The notes under the pieces: model-generated | What the model was told of the DNA's origin: nothing | Database searches by the model: none | Seen by the model: the letters and a program-made list of their open reading frames with translations, nothing else | Origin: Heterodontus francisci | Lineage: Eukaryota | Assembly: GCF_036365525.1 (NCBI RefSeq) | Contig: NC_090377.1 | Coordinates: 125,827,594 to 125,891,593, forward strand | Direction of reading: 5' to 3' | Length of the DNA: 64,000 bases | Program-made: the position numbers and the translations under genes | Shown here: one piece after another, positions 36,971 through 49,515 of the stretch | How the letters are laid out: each line of letters begins with the position of its first letter | How positions within the stretch are numbered: the first letter of the stretch is position 1

Positions 36971-38104
36971 GTATGTATTTTATAATCTGTGTGCAGGGGC
37001 AGCTCTGCACTGTGACAAAACTCCCTTTCCATCACCCAGGACACTCTCCAGCCAGTCAGTCCTCAAGTTTGAAAAGAATGTGGGTTGTGGTAGTGGATTT
37101 AAAGCCACCGGCAGGCTTAAGGCCTATGCAGCCTTTGGCGAAGCATCTTGGCAGGCTTGCGTTTTCTTTGGCCTCTTGCACCACCCCGCTCCCCCCCCCC
37201 CCCCTCCCCATTGCCTTTCATATAATTTGAACAGCAATAATGGATTGGTGTGGAAGGGTTAACATATGGACGCCCGGCAAGGAGCCACATCCAGAGGGAA
37301 CATGGGCAGGATAACTAGGCCTGCAGTGTTGAAGCCCTGGTCTTCGCTACATGCATCCTTTGGGTGCGGCCTCCTCACTGGAAATCTGAAGTTAGCCCTA
37401 CTGTGTCTCCCGAAACCGGACATTGACTTACAGTTGTAAGAGCCTGTCCCTCAGTTGTTCAGACCCTTATATTTGGGGAGGAGGCCCAGTACTTATCCAC
37501 CCGTCCATTGATTCGAAGTTCAAATGAAGTGCTGCGTCACAAGCTGTTTCGTAATCTTAACAGATTAATTTTCTTTGCTGTTTGCTTCATTTAGATGGTG
37601 CCTTCTCCCTCGCACCCCTATCCTCACCCTACTCTGTCAAGTCCTTTCATCTGCTTTCTGAATGGAGTGGAAAAGTGATGCCCTCATTTTCCATTCATCA
37701 GCTGCCCTAAATAATGCATGGCGAGCCATAAATAGCATCACTATATCGGATAGCCGCTCTTGCTGACCCTTCAAAACTGTTGGATGAATAAAGGCTGTGT
37801 GCCGTAGTGAGCTTGTATATACTGAAGTAAAACGCTTATGCTTTGCAAAGGGAAAAAAAAGTGTGGGAACGGTTTGCATGCGGTCCCTATCTATTGGGTG
37901 CTGAAAAGGATCGAGAAGACATGACTCAAACCCACACCTGTGAGTGACTTCTCGTTGAGTTTCCTGTGGCCCTCTTCCTTGCCCGATGATTCAGTGCCGT
38001 GTCAAACCGTTCCCAAGCGCCCTGAGACTGGAGGCACCCGGTCAGGAGGAGACGCTTAACCTTTTTTTTTCTGTGTTGCTTCCCTTTTATTTTTCGCCTG
38101 CCAG

Positions 38105-38374
38105 CCATCGACCGTCCAAAAGGACTGACGTTCACGGACGTCGAGGTGGATTCCATCCGGCTGGCGTGGGAGAGCCCCGAAGGTCAGGTCACTGCGTACA
38201 GAGTGATTTACTCCAGCCCCGAGGATGGGATCCGCCAGCTCGTGCCCACCCCACACTCTGAGGATGATTCCGCTGAGCTGATCGGCTTGCGGCCGGGCAC
38301 GGAGTACACAGTGCGAGTGTACGCCCTTTATGATGACCAGGAGAGTCCCCCTCTGATAGGCACACAGAGTACAG
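38105..38374 (+). CDS. fn1: Fibronectin EDA (EIIIA) cassette exon
   Basis: gccag|CC ... G|gtaagt; 270 nt; [28 protein letters not shown]...SSPEDGI...GLRPGTEY. Confidence 0.96.
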
Positions 38375-38744
38375 GTAAGTGGCTCCAGCTGACTTTCCGT
38401 AAATACGAAAAGGCCACATCTAACGACACCACCAAGTCCCGGCCTGAATGGAGGTGATTGCGAATTTCCCTTCAATCATTACTGGAGACTGCACTGCTGT
38501 GATTGATTTTACGCAATAATTATTTAATGAAACTATCTTCCACTCACTGCCTTTTTCTGGAGAAATAATCCTGCCATTATCAGGAGACTTTGCTGCAGTT
38601 TTGGTCATGACCCCTGTTGGCTGTTAGTCATGCCTCCAACCCATTGGTGTCGGTACTCACTTGCTTTCCGTGTGGGTTTGCAGTGTTTTTGCTTGCACGT
38701 TTGTTGGAAAGTGGCAGTCTAACTTAAGGAGCTTGACTTCCGAG

Positions 38745-39030
38745 CACACAAAGCGGTTTGATGCAACTGAGTGGCTCGATAGACTGCTTTGAAGGTCAGT
38801 TAAATGTCAACCATGTTGGCTTGGGACTGTAGTCCATATAGGCCTGGACTGGGTAATGGTAGATTTCCTTCCCTGGACGGAGATTAGAGAACCAGTTGGG
38901 TTTTTATGACAAATCAACAGTTTTTGCTGATACCAGCTTTCTCTTTGCGGATTTTAAAATTAAGTCCAAATTCTCAAACTTCCAAGGTGAGATTTGAACT
39001 TGCAAACTCTGGATTATTAGCCTAGTCTGA
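38745..39030 (-). mobile_element. tRNA-derived SINE (third family)
   Basis: gatttgaact B-box on minus strand; related piece at ~19620-19730. Confidence 0.5.
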
Positions 39031-39070
39031 AGTCAATGCAAAAGAATATCAGGTGCGGTGTAATGCGAGT

Positions 39071-39374
39071 TAAAGCCTGGCTACCCGACCTGAACCCGAC
39101 TACTTGTGTTGGGTTCGGGTCAGGTCAAAACTCCGAGTCCCAGCATTCGGGCTTGGTTTGGGTCGGACTGGAAGTCCGGGAAGTCACTGGATCGGGCTTA
39201 CCCATGATTCCCCACAACTCCAGCTGCAGGAATAGCCTGTTGCCGGAACAGACGAAGGAGATTCACGTCGGGTCGGGTGCGAAAACAAATTAAAGGGCTC
39301 GGGTCGGGTTTAGGTTGGCAGTGGTCGAGTTGGGCCCGGGTTGCGTTTTAATCTTATACCCGAGCCAGGCTTTA
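39071..39374. mobile_element. hAT (Ac-type) MITE
   Basis: Perfect 12-bp TIR taaagcctggct / agccaggcttta; degenerate 8-bp TSD atgcgagt / atgcaggt; many acccga/tcgggt subterminal repeats. Confidence 0.8.
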
Positions 39375-39594
39375 ATGCAGGTGGACAGTATTGGTTCATT
39401 TCTTGTCATTTCACCTCCTTCATGCCAGCCTCTCTCTGAATGAGGCCAGGGGGCCTAACTCCTATTGCTCAATCACAGGTCATTTAGCCACTCACTGAGA
39501 AGCAGGCCAAGGACTGGCTCAATGTCCAGTCTCAAAGGACCATTGCAGACTTCTCAAAGCAATTTGGGCTGGATTCAGGCATAGTCCTGTCATA

Positions 39595-40258
39595 AGCAAG
39601 ACTCACTTGACAGCAATCTTGCCTTTAAGTCAGGAGGTCATGGGTTCAAGCACCCACTGCAGAACATAAAATTTAGGATGACTGATTGTTATGCACAATT
39701 CACACAGACACAATCAGTGAATCTATAAGGTAGGCTCTTTTATTGAAGATACAAATATCTACAGCAATACTGGGAAGTTTCCAGCTTAGTGGTTACATTG
39801 CAGACTGCTTGCAGTGACTGACTGCCAGCCACGTGGGTCCGCACATCATATCCTATCCTGGGTGCTGGACAGCCGTTTAGGATACACCTCTTAAAGCAAC
39901 ACTGTAGCATTTAAAGCAATAACACAACAGAGGGAATGCTGCATTGCCAGAGGTGCCGTCTTTCAGATGAGACTGTAAACCAAGATGCTGTCTGCCGTCT
40001 CAGGCAGACATAAAAGATCCCATTGGTACTATTTCAAAGAGCGGAGAGTTCTTCCCAGTGTCCAGGCTGTTATTTACCCCAAACCAACATCACTAAATCA
40101 GATTATCTGGTAATTATCTCAGATTGCTGTTTGTGGGAGCTTGCTGTGTGGAAATTGGCTGTAACAGCAATGGCCACACTTCAGAAGTGCTTCATTGGCT
40201 GTAAGACGCTTTGGGACATTCTGGGTTCATGGAAGGTACTCTATAAATGCAAGTCTTT
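39595..40258 (+). mobile_element. Deu-core SINE interrupted by probable solo LTR (39687-39929)
   Basis: SINE head and core separated by a 243-bp tgtt...aaca segment. Confidence 0.7.
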
Positions 40259-40286
40259 TCATTCTGCCAATTCCGTTACCTTGCAG

Positions 40287-40474
40287 CCATTCCACCTCCA
40301 AGTGACCTAGAGTTTGTGCAAGTGACTCCGACGAGCATGACCATTAGCTGGCATGCACCTGATGCCCAGCTGACTGGTTACCGCGTGGTGGTGAAACCGA
40401 GAGAGAAAGCAGGCCCAAGCAAGGAGCTGACTCTTGGCCCAGATAACACCAGCGCCACAGTCTCTGGTCTCATG
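40287..40474 (+). CDS. fn1: Fibronectin exon, FNIII-12 first half
   Basis: tgcag|CC ... ATG|gtgagt; [22 protein letters not shown]...VSGLM. Confidence 0.96.
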
Positions 40475-40584
40475 GTGAGTCTTTCTCCTCCAACACTAAG
40501 ACCTTTGCAGTTTGCTGCAGCCAAGCAAAGTTCCTTAAAATCAGAGCTAGGTCATTCAGGAGTGATAGCAGGAAGCACCTTGTC

Positions 40585-43500
40585 ATAAGAGAACATAAGA
40601 AATAAGAGCTGGTGTATGTTGTTTCCCCCCCGCCCCCCCACCCCCTCAAACCTGCTTCACCCTTAAGTAAGATCGTGGTTGATCTTCTACCTCAGCTGCA
40701 TCTTCCCGCATATCCCTCAATATATATCAATCGTTCAAATATACTCAATGACTGAGCATCCACAGTTCCATGGAGTAGAGAATTCCAAACGTTCAGAACC
40801 CTTTCAGTCAAGAAATTTCTCCTCATCTCCGTCCTTATTGGCTGCCCTATTATTCTGAGACTGCTGCCTGTGTTCGAAATTCCCCAACCAAGGGGATTTT
40901 TTTCAGCATTACCCTGTCAAGCCTCTTAAGAATTTTATATGTTTCAATATGTCTCAGTCTTCTGAACTCCAGGGAATATAGGCCTAATTTACTCAATCTC
41001 TCCTCATTGGACAATCCCCTCATCCCAGGAACCAGTCTAGTAAACCTTTGTTGCACTCCCTCTAGGGCAAGAATATTTTTCCTTATCTAAGGAGACCAAT
41101 ACTGCACACAATACTCCAGGTGTGGTCTCACCAATACCCTATATAATTGTAGTAAATCTTCCTTACTCTTATACTCCAATCCCTTTGTAACAAAAGCTAA
41201 CGTACCATTCGCCTTCCTCATTGCTTGCTGAACCTTTTTTTTTATTCGTTCATGGGATGTGGGTGTCGCTGGCTAGGCCAGCATTTATTGTCCATCTCTA
41301 ATTGCCCTTGAGAAGATGGTGGTGAGCTGCCTGCTTGAACCGTTGCAGTCCTTGGGGTGTAGGTACACCAACAGTACTTTTAGGAAAGGAGTTCCAGGAT
41401 TTGACCCAGCGACAGTGAAGGAACAGCGATATAGTTCCAAGTCAGGATGGTGTGTGGCTTGGAGGGGAACTTGCAGGTGGTGGTGTTACCATGCATATGC
41501 TGCCCTTGTCCTTCTAGGTGATAGAGGTCACGGGTTTGGAACGTGCTGTTGAAGGAGCCTTGGTGAGTTGCTGCAGTGCATCTTGTAGATGGTACACACT
41601 GCTGCCACTGTGCGTCTGTGGTGAAAGGAGTGAATGTCGAAGGTGGTGGATGGGGTGCCAGTCAAGCAGGCTGCTTTATCCTGGATGGTGTTGAGCTTCT
41701 TGAGTGCACCCATCCAGGCAAGTGGAGAGTATTCCATCACACTCCTGACTTATGTCTTGTAGATGGTGGACAGGTTTTGGGGAGACAAGAGGTGAGTTAC
41801 TCATTGCAGAATTTTTGGTTCATGGTGACCCCCAGGATGTTGATAGTGGGGAATTCGTGATGGTAATGCCGTTGAACATCAAGGCAAGATGGTTAGATTC
41901 TCTCTTGTTTGAGATGATCATTGCCTGGCTTTCTGTGATTCATGTACAAGGTCACCCAGATCCCTCTGAATGCAAACATCTCTCACCGTTCAAATAATAT
42001 TCTGCTTATTTATTTTCCCTACCTAAGTGGATAAATTCACACATCACCACATTGTATTCCATATGCCATGTTCTTGCCCACTCACCCAACCTGTCTATAT
42101 CCCTCTGCAGCCTCTTTGCATCCTCCTCACTGCCCACTTTCCCACCTAACTTTGTATTGTCAGCAAACTTGGATATGTTACATTCAGTCCCCTCAACTAA
42201 GTCATCAATATAGATTGTAAAGAGATGAGGCCTAAATACTGAACCTTGTGGTAGTCCACTAGTTACAGCCTACCAGCCTGAAAATGTCCTGTCTAGTCCT
42301 ACTCTGTTTTCTGTCCACTGACCAATCCTCAAACTATGCTAATGTATTACCCCCAATCCCATAAGTCCTAATTTTGTGTAACAACATCTGGCACCTTTAT
42401 CAAATGCCTTTTGAAAATACACATAGCCTACTTCTACTGGTTGCCCCTTATCCATACTACTACTTACAGAAGGTTAACCTGTAGTGTCATAAGCCCAACC
42501 ATCTTCAGCTGCTTCATCAATGACCTTCCCTCCATCATAAGGTCAGAAGTGGGGATGTTCGCTGATGTTTGCACAATGTTCAGCACCATTCGCAACTCCT
42601 CAGATACTGATGCAGCAAGACCTGGACAACATCCAGGCTTGGGCTGATAAATGGCAAGTAACATTCGTGCCACACAAGTGCCAAGCAATGACCATCTCAA
42701 ACAAGAGAGAATCTAACCATCTTGCCTTGACATTCAATGGCATTAGCATCGCTGAATGCCCCACTATAACGTCCTGGGGGTCACAATTGACCAAAAACTG
42801 AACTGGACCAAATACATAAATACTGTGGCTACAAGAGCAGGTCAGAGGCTGGGAATTCGTGGCGAGTAACAAACCACCTGACTCCCCAGTGCCTGTCCAC
42901 CACCATCTACAAGGCACAAGTCAGGAGTGTGATGGAATACTCTCCACTTGTCTGGATGGGTGCAGTTCCAACAACACTCAAGAAGCTCGACACCATCCAG
43001 GACAAAGCAGCCCGCTTGATTGGCACCCCATCCACCACCTTCAACATTCAATCCCTCCCCCACTGACGCACAGTGGCAGCAGTGTGTACCAGCTACAAGA
43101 TGCACTGCAGAAACTCACCAAGGCTCCTTCGACAGCTCCTTCCAAACCCATGACCTCTATCATCTAGAAGGACAAGGGCAGCAGATGCATGGGAACACCA
43201 CCACATGCAAGTTCCCCTCCAAGTCACACACCACCCTGACTTGGAACTGTATTACTGTTCCTTCGCGGTTGCTGGGTCAAAATCCTGGAACTCCTTTCCT
43301 AACAGCGCTGTTGGTGTACCTACACCCCAAGGACTGCAGTGGTTCAAGAAGGCAGCTCACCACAACCTTCTCAAGGGCAATTAGGAATGGGCAATAAATG
43401 CTGGCATAGCCAGCGATGCCCACATCCCATGAACAAATTTTTTTCAAATCCTCAAAAAACCCTAACAGATTTGTCAAACACATCCTTTTCATAAATCCAT

Positions 43501-44230
43501 GTTGACTCTGCCTAATCATATTAAAATTTTCTAAGTGCCCTGTTTCCACATCTCTAATTTAACATTTTTCCTATCCTGATATCAGGCTAACTTGTTTATA
43601 TCCTGCCATTTTTTCTCTTCCTCTTTTCTTGAATAGTTGAGTTGCCTTGCTACCTAAGTTATTCTGAAAGATCAAAACCAATGCATCCACTATCTCTGTA
43701 GCCACCTCTTTTAAAACTCTAGGATATAGGCCATCAGATCCAGGGGATTTGTTGGCTTTTAGTCCCATTGATTTCTTCAGCACTTTCTTAACTTGTATTT
43801 AATTTCTTCAAGTTCCCCATTCTCACCAGACCCTTGGTTGCCCACTATTTCCAGAATGTTTTAACATGTCTGCCATGCAGACAGATACAGGTATTTGTTT
43901 AGTGTGTCTCATTTCCCTATCCCCCATTATAGTTTCTTCTGTCTCTGCCTCCAAGTTGACTTTTACTAATCACATTCTTCTTCCATACCTATAGAAGCTT
44001 TTACAGTCAGTTTTTGTGTCTCTTGCAGGTTAACTCTCATTCTATTTTCCCTTTCATTATCAACTTCTTGGTCCTCCTTTGCCAAATTCTAAATTCTTCC
44101 CAATGCTCAGGCTTAATCGTCTTATTGGGATCCCATTGTAAGCCTGTTCCTTTTAGCTAATGCGAACACTGTTGGACCACTTTTCCCATGAGATTTTATC
44201 CCTTAAGGGAATATATAATCATTATAAGTT
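40585..44230 (-). mobile_element. Long decayed CR1 carrying two nested LINE insertions (41235-41925 minus; 42480-43435 plus)
   Basis: CR1 motifs (KSPGSDG, QHGFMK, LGLYSLEFRR) resume on either side of each insert. Confidence 0.8.
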
Positions 44231-44654
44231 ATGAATTAATTCTTTAACTATTTGTCACACGGGTAAATGAATCTGGAACTCTCTCTTCAAAAAGCTGCTC
44301 AGGCTGAGGGTCTATAGCAAGTTTCAAACCAGAGATTGATGGATTTTTATCTGCCTCGCTACCTCTCTGTCTTCCTTTAGGATGCTCCTTTGATCACAAT
44401 TTTGATCACCTGTCCTGATATCTCCTTTTGTGTCTCAGTACGAAATTCCTCTGAAGCGCCTTAGGACATTTTACGATGTTGAAGGTGCTATATAAATGCA
44501 AGCTGTTTCTTGTTTTATTAAGGACTATGGAACCACAGGGATTCAACCAAAGCTTGAGTTAAAGTACAGATCAGTCATTACATAGTTATTGGAATAGGCT
44601 TGAGGGGCTGAATGGCCTGCTCCTGTTCCTGTGCTCCAAAAGCTTTTAAATATA

Positions 44655-45075
44655 AAAACTTCTTGACCAGTTTTCTCCAGAAAAGAAAAGGCTGAGGGGT
44701 GACCTCCATGAGGTCTTTAAAATTATGAAGCAGTTTGATCGGGTTGACGTAAAGAAGATGGTTTTACTTGCGGGGGACTCAAAAACTAGGAGACATAAAT
44801 GTAAGACAGTCACTAATGAATCCAGTTACAAACTCAGGAGAAACTTCTTTACCCGGACTCTGGTGAGAATGTGAGTGCTTGAGGTGAACAGTGTAGATGC
44901 ATTTAAGGGGAAGCTATAGTTAAATACTTGATGGAGAAAGGAATAGAAGGATATGTTGATGGGGTGAGATGAAAAGGGGTGGGAAGAGGCTCATGTGGAG
45001 GATAATCATTGGCATAGACCAGTTGGGCTGAGTGGCCTGTGTCTGTGCTGCAAATTCTATGTAATTTCTTTGTAA
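44655..45075 (+). mobile_element. CR1 3' fragment
   Basis: Same subfamily as 1-370; tail abuts the next acceptor. Confidence 0.75.
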
Positions 45076-45091
45076 TTCTTCCTTAAATCAG

Positions 45092-45179
45092 GTCGCGACT
45101 AAATACAACATCTTTGTGTACGCCATCAAGAACACCTTGACCAGTAGGCCCCTGCAAGGAATTAAAGCGACACTGGACA
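45092..45179 (+). CDS. fn1: Fibronectin exon, FNIII-12 second half
   Basis: atcag|GTC ... A|gtgagt; VATKYNIFVYAIKNTLTSRPLQGIKATLD. Confidence 0.95.
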
Positions 45180-45214
45180 GTGAGTATCTTGTTTGCCTCC
45201 CCCCCAACCCCTAC

Positions 45215-45872
45215 CCGCATATCCATACCATTTGGAGAGTCGTGACACAAGACTCCCTATTTCCACCTCTATAACATCGACTGTCTCTGCGCCTCCCTCA
45301 GCTCATCTGCTACTGAAACCCTCATCCAAGCCTTTGTTACCTCTAGACTCAACTATTCCAATGCACTCCTGGCCAGTCTCCCACCTTGCACCCTCCATAA
45401 ACTTGAGCTCAAACAAAACTCTGCTCCCCAAATCCGAACTCACACCAAGCCCCGTTCACCAGTCAACCCTGTACTCACTGGCCTGCATTGGCTCCTGGTC
45501 TGGCAACAGCTTGATTTTAAAACTTTCATCCCTGGTTTCAAATCCCTCCCTAACTCTGCAACCTCCTCCAGCCCAACAAACCTCCAAGATCTCTGCAATG
45601 CAAAAAGTTGCCCTCTTGAGCATCCCCCATTTCCTTCAATCCACGATTGGTGGCCGTGCCTTCAGCAGCCTAGGCCCTAAGATCTGGAATTCCCTCCCTA
45701 AACCTCTCTACCTCACTCTCCTTGTTTAAGTCACTCTTTAAAACCTACCTTGACCCAGTCACCTGTCCTTATGTGGCGCGGTGTCAATTTTTGTTTGGTA
45801 CATTTTCTAGTGAAGCGCCTTGGAGGGATTTACTATGTTAAAGCTTCGATATCAGTGCGGGTTGTTGTTGTA
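45215..45872 (+). mobile_element. L2 LINE 3' fragment
   Basis: IGGRAFSSLGPKIWNSLP and gttgttgttg tail. Confidence 0.8.
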
Positions 45873-45892
45873 ACCTTGCTGCTCTATGCTAG

Positions 45893-46069
45893 ATGTCAAC
45901 TCGCCTCGCAGATTCCGCATCAGTGGGGTGACAGAGACGAGCATCACGCTGCAGTGGCGCTCCAAGGCCGATACCATCACGGGCTTCCAGATTGATGCCG
46001 TTCCCTCCGGCAGCAGGGGTACAGTCCAGAGGACGGTGGGGCCCGATCAGCGGATGTTCACCATCACAG
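45893..46069 (+). CDS. fn1: Fibronectin exon, FNIII-13 first half (HepII basic cluster)
   Basis: gctag|AT ... G|gtaaag; NVNSPRRFRISGVTETSITLQWRSKADTITGFQIDAVP. Confidence 0.96.
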
Positions 46070-46774
46070 GTAAAGTCAGGAGAATCCACAGATGCCTTTA
46101 GATTAAATACCTCCAGCACTTTTATTTTCCCTCCAATTCTTCGCACTTGCTTTGCAGCCATGTTGCCGTGTCTCAAATCATAGAATGATACAGCACAAAA
46201 AGAGGCCATTCGGCCCATCATGCCTGTGCTGTCTCTTTGAAAGAGTTCTCCTATTAGTCACAAACCCCTGCTCTTTCCCCACAGCTTTGCAAAAGTTTCC
46301 TTTTCAAGTATTTATCCGAGTTCTTGAATCTGCTTCCTCCATTCTTTCGGGCAGGGCGTTCCAGATTACAATTACTCACTGCGTTAAAAGATATCTGCTC
46401 GCCTGTCCGGTGCTTTTTTTTTTTAGCCAATTCTCTTAAATCTGTGTCCTCTGATTATCAACCCTTTTCCCAGTGGAAACAGTTTCCCTTACTTTCTTGA
46501 TCAAAACCCTTGGTAATTTTGAACACCTCAATTGAATCTCCCCTTAACCTTCTGTGCTCCAAAGAAAATCCAAATCTCCATATAACTGACGTCCCTAGTA
46601 CCATTCTGGTAAATCTCTGCCCACTCTCTAAGGCCTTGACATCCTTCCTGAAATGTGGTGCCCAAAACTGGCCACAATACTCCAGCTGATCAGTAGCTTA
46701 CAAAGTTTAGCATGACCTCCCTGCTTCATAATCAGTCCTAATTCACGTGCTGCTGATCTTGCTTGGAACATCAG

Positions 46775-47745
46775 AACATATGAATTAGGAGCAGGAGTTG
46801 GCCATTCGGCCCCTCGAGCCTGCTCTGCCATTCAATAACATCATGGTTGATCTGATTGTGGCTTTAACTCTACTTTCCTGCCTGCCGCTCCCCTTGACCC
46901 CCTAGTCGATCAGAGATTTGTCTAACTCAGCCTTGAATATATTCAATGACCCAGCCTTCTCTGCTAACCAGGGAAGAGAATTCCAAAGATTAACCAGCCT
47001 CTGAGAGAAGAAATTCCTCTTCACCTCCGTCTTAAAAGGGAGACCGCTTACTTTGAAATGGTGTCCCCTAGTTCTAGATTCTCCCACAAGGGGAAACATC
47101 CTCTCAGCATCCACCCTGTCAAACCCCTTCAGAATATTATATGTTTCAATAAGATCACCTCTCATTCGTCTAAACTCCAATGAGTATAGGCCTCACCTGC
47201 TCAATCTTCCCTCATAAGACAACCTCTTCATCCCAAGAATCAACCTAGTAAACCTTCTCTGAACTGCTTCCCATGCAAGTATATCCCTCCTTTAAATAAG
47301 GTGACCAAAACTGTACTCAGTACTCTAGTTGTGGCCTCACCAAGGTCAGGTACAGATGTAGCAGGACTTCCCTACTTTTATGCTCCATCCCTCTTGTAAT
47401 AAAGACCACCATTCCATTTGCCTTCCTAATTACTTGCTGTGCCTGCATGCTAGCTTTTTGTGATCCATGTACAAGGACACCCGGATCCCTCTGTACCACA
47501 ACATTCTGAAATCTCTCTCCATGTAAATAATATTCTGCTTTTCTATCTTCCCGCCAAAGTGGACAACCTCACATTTTCCCACATTATACTCCATCTGCCA
47601 AATTTTTGCCCACTCACTTAACCTATCTATATCTCTTTGTAGACACCATGTGTCTAGCTTTCCTACGTACCTTTGTATTGTCAGCAAACTTGGCTACAAT
47701 ACCCTTGGTCCCTTCATCCAAGTCATTAATATAGATTGTGAGCAT
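46775..47745 (-). mobile_element. Decayed CR1 (preceded by another CR1 piece ~46175-46720)
   Basis: INDLD..KFADN, WQMEYNVGKC, RPQLEY, EFRRMRGDLIETY. Confidence 0.88.
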
Positions 47746-47855
47746 GCCTGTTGTTGGCCACACTTGGAGGATGTATTGATTTGTTCCTTTGATGTTGGTT
47801 GCACGTTTTTCCTTCAATTTGATGCTGATATTTTTCTTCCCCTCTCCTTTCACAG

Positions 47856-47945
47856 GCCTTCTGCCAGGCACTGAGTACAATATCCACATTTATACCCTGA
47901 GTGGTGATTCTCGCAGCCCGCCCTCCACAGTCACTGCTCGAACTG
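47856..47945 (+). CDS. fn1: Fibronectin exon, FNIII-13 second half
   Basis: cacag|GC ... G|gtgagg; GLLPGTEYNIHIYTLSGDSRSPPSTVTART. Confidence 0.95.
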
Positions 47946-49515
47946 GTGAGGAACCATTCTGAGTGAGGGGACGAGCCTCGTTGTGTTGTTTTTGTCACTG
48001 AGTGTTACCATTTTAATTTTTAATTGTTTTTGTTTCGCTCATTTACAATCTGCATCCAATTGGGATGAAACACCACTTCCGTAGAGCTTTCACTCAGTAT
48101 AATCCGCACCCTGTCGACTGGCCTTGTGTTGCTTTAAGGTCTTAGTATTCCTGGCTTCTCATTACTGTCTCGGAAGAAATCTTTGGTGTACTTCACTCAG
48201 TCCTCCTTTGTCAAATTCCATACTTGTTGAACCCCAACCCCCATCGGGTGTTCTTCAGCTGCACCCCTGCCCATGATGCTTCCCTGCCACCTCACAATCC
48301 CCTACGTTACTATTTATAGGCTGGTTTTCTCAGTTTCAAAGTCTGTTCTCACACTGGGCTCTTGGACAGCAGACTGTACAAGCCAGGTTGTACACTGCCT
48401 CCACCAACGAAGTCATTGAGGCGAGGGAGAGGAGCGGATTGGCCGCAAAACCCCATCCGGGGCTGGGAACGGGGTTGCTTTTTACTCGCCACCCCTGGCA
48501 TTGCTCTCCTAGTCAGTGCATCAGTGATGCCTCGGGTGTGGCATGGGGGTCGGTGGCCTCTGTAGCTCCACCTAGTTGGCGTAGGGCCGTCTGCAGGCGT
48601 AACTGCGTGTCTGGCAGCTTCATAATGGGGAAAATCCCACCAAGGAGGCATTGAGGTGCATAGTAGACCCGTGATGCCCAAATAAGGAGTGCCTGGGGTA
48701 TGGGCTAAATTTAATGTATTACAGATTAATTGCTTACTCACATCACTGACAGAGCTTTGTGTTAGTGATCCTCACAGACAAATGGTATAAGAATATTTTA
48801 TCAATTCTCTTCAGAGTGGTTTGATGCTTAAAAAGCCCTGTAAGTTTTGGAATGGTGCCCACATCTCTTCCCCGGCCACCAGTTTGATTTCAGACTCCTC
48901 CTTGTTAGGGTATTAAATAAATGCAGCGCCAAATCAATCTCGGGGTTTTCTCTGTCTTGTGCACATCCAGATATATGAAGGTTAACATCCCCAAGTGCTT
49001 CTATTGCAGAACTAGGATGATGGTACGCATCAGCAGCATGAGAGAGACCTTGGCTGGTTGCCTCACACTGCCTGGTGGGAACACTGAAGGCAGCAGCCAT
49101 TTTAAAATGAAGTCTTTGAATGACTGTCAGCAGCATGATAGGTGTTTAATTCTTCTCAGAATATGTCTTTATTTTTTTTTACGTCCTATGTTCCCAACAC
49201 CCACTATGGATGTCTGGGAGTAGTGGGGGTGGGGGGGGGGGGGGGGGGGTGGAGGGGAGAAGAGGAGGATAAATGTCTCGTCCCCTTCTTGCGGCCAAGA
49301 GCAATGTGGCTTGTCTGTTTCTGGAAACCGGGACCCCGGGAGGGATTGAATGCTCTCTTGGAGGCCCCGGAGAGAAACAGCCCTGCCAGCTGCATTCGGG
49401 AGCAGGCAGCTGGCGCGTGCGGGGCTTGCAGACACGGAAGTGGCATGGCTGTTGATTTTTTCTGGTGAAGCGGGTGAAATAACTCTCCTCTCCTGTTTCC
49501 ACATCCCCACCTCAG

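Noticed and set aside
49225-49255. Long G or C homopolymer runs (also 3536, 25723, 60148)
   Set aside because: Common simple repeats whose length is assembly-sensitive.
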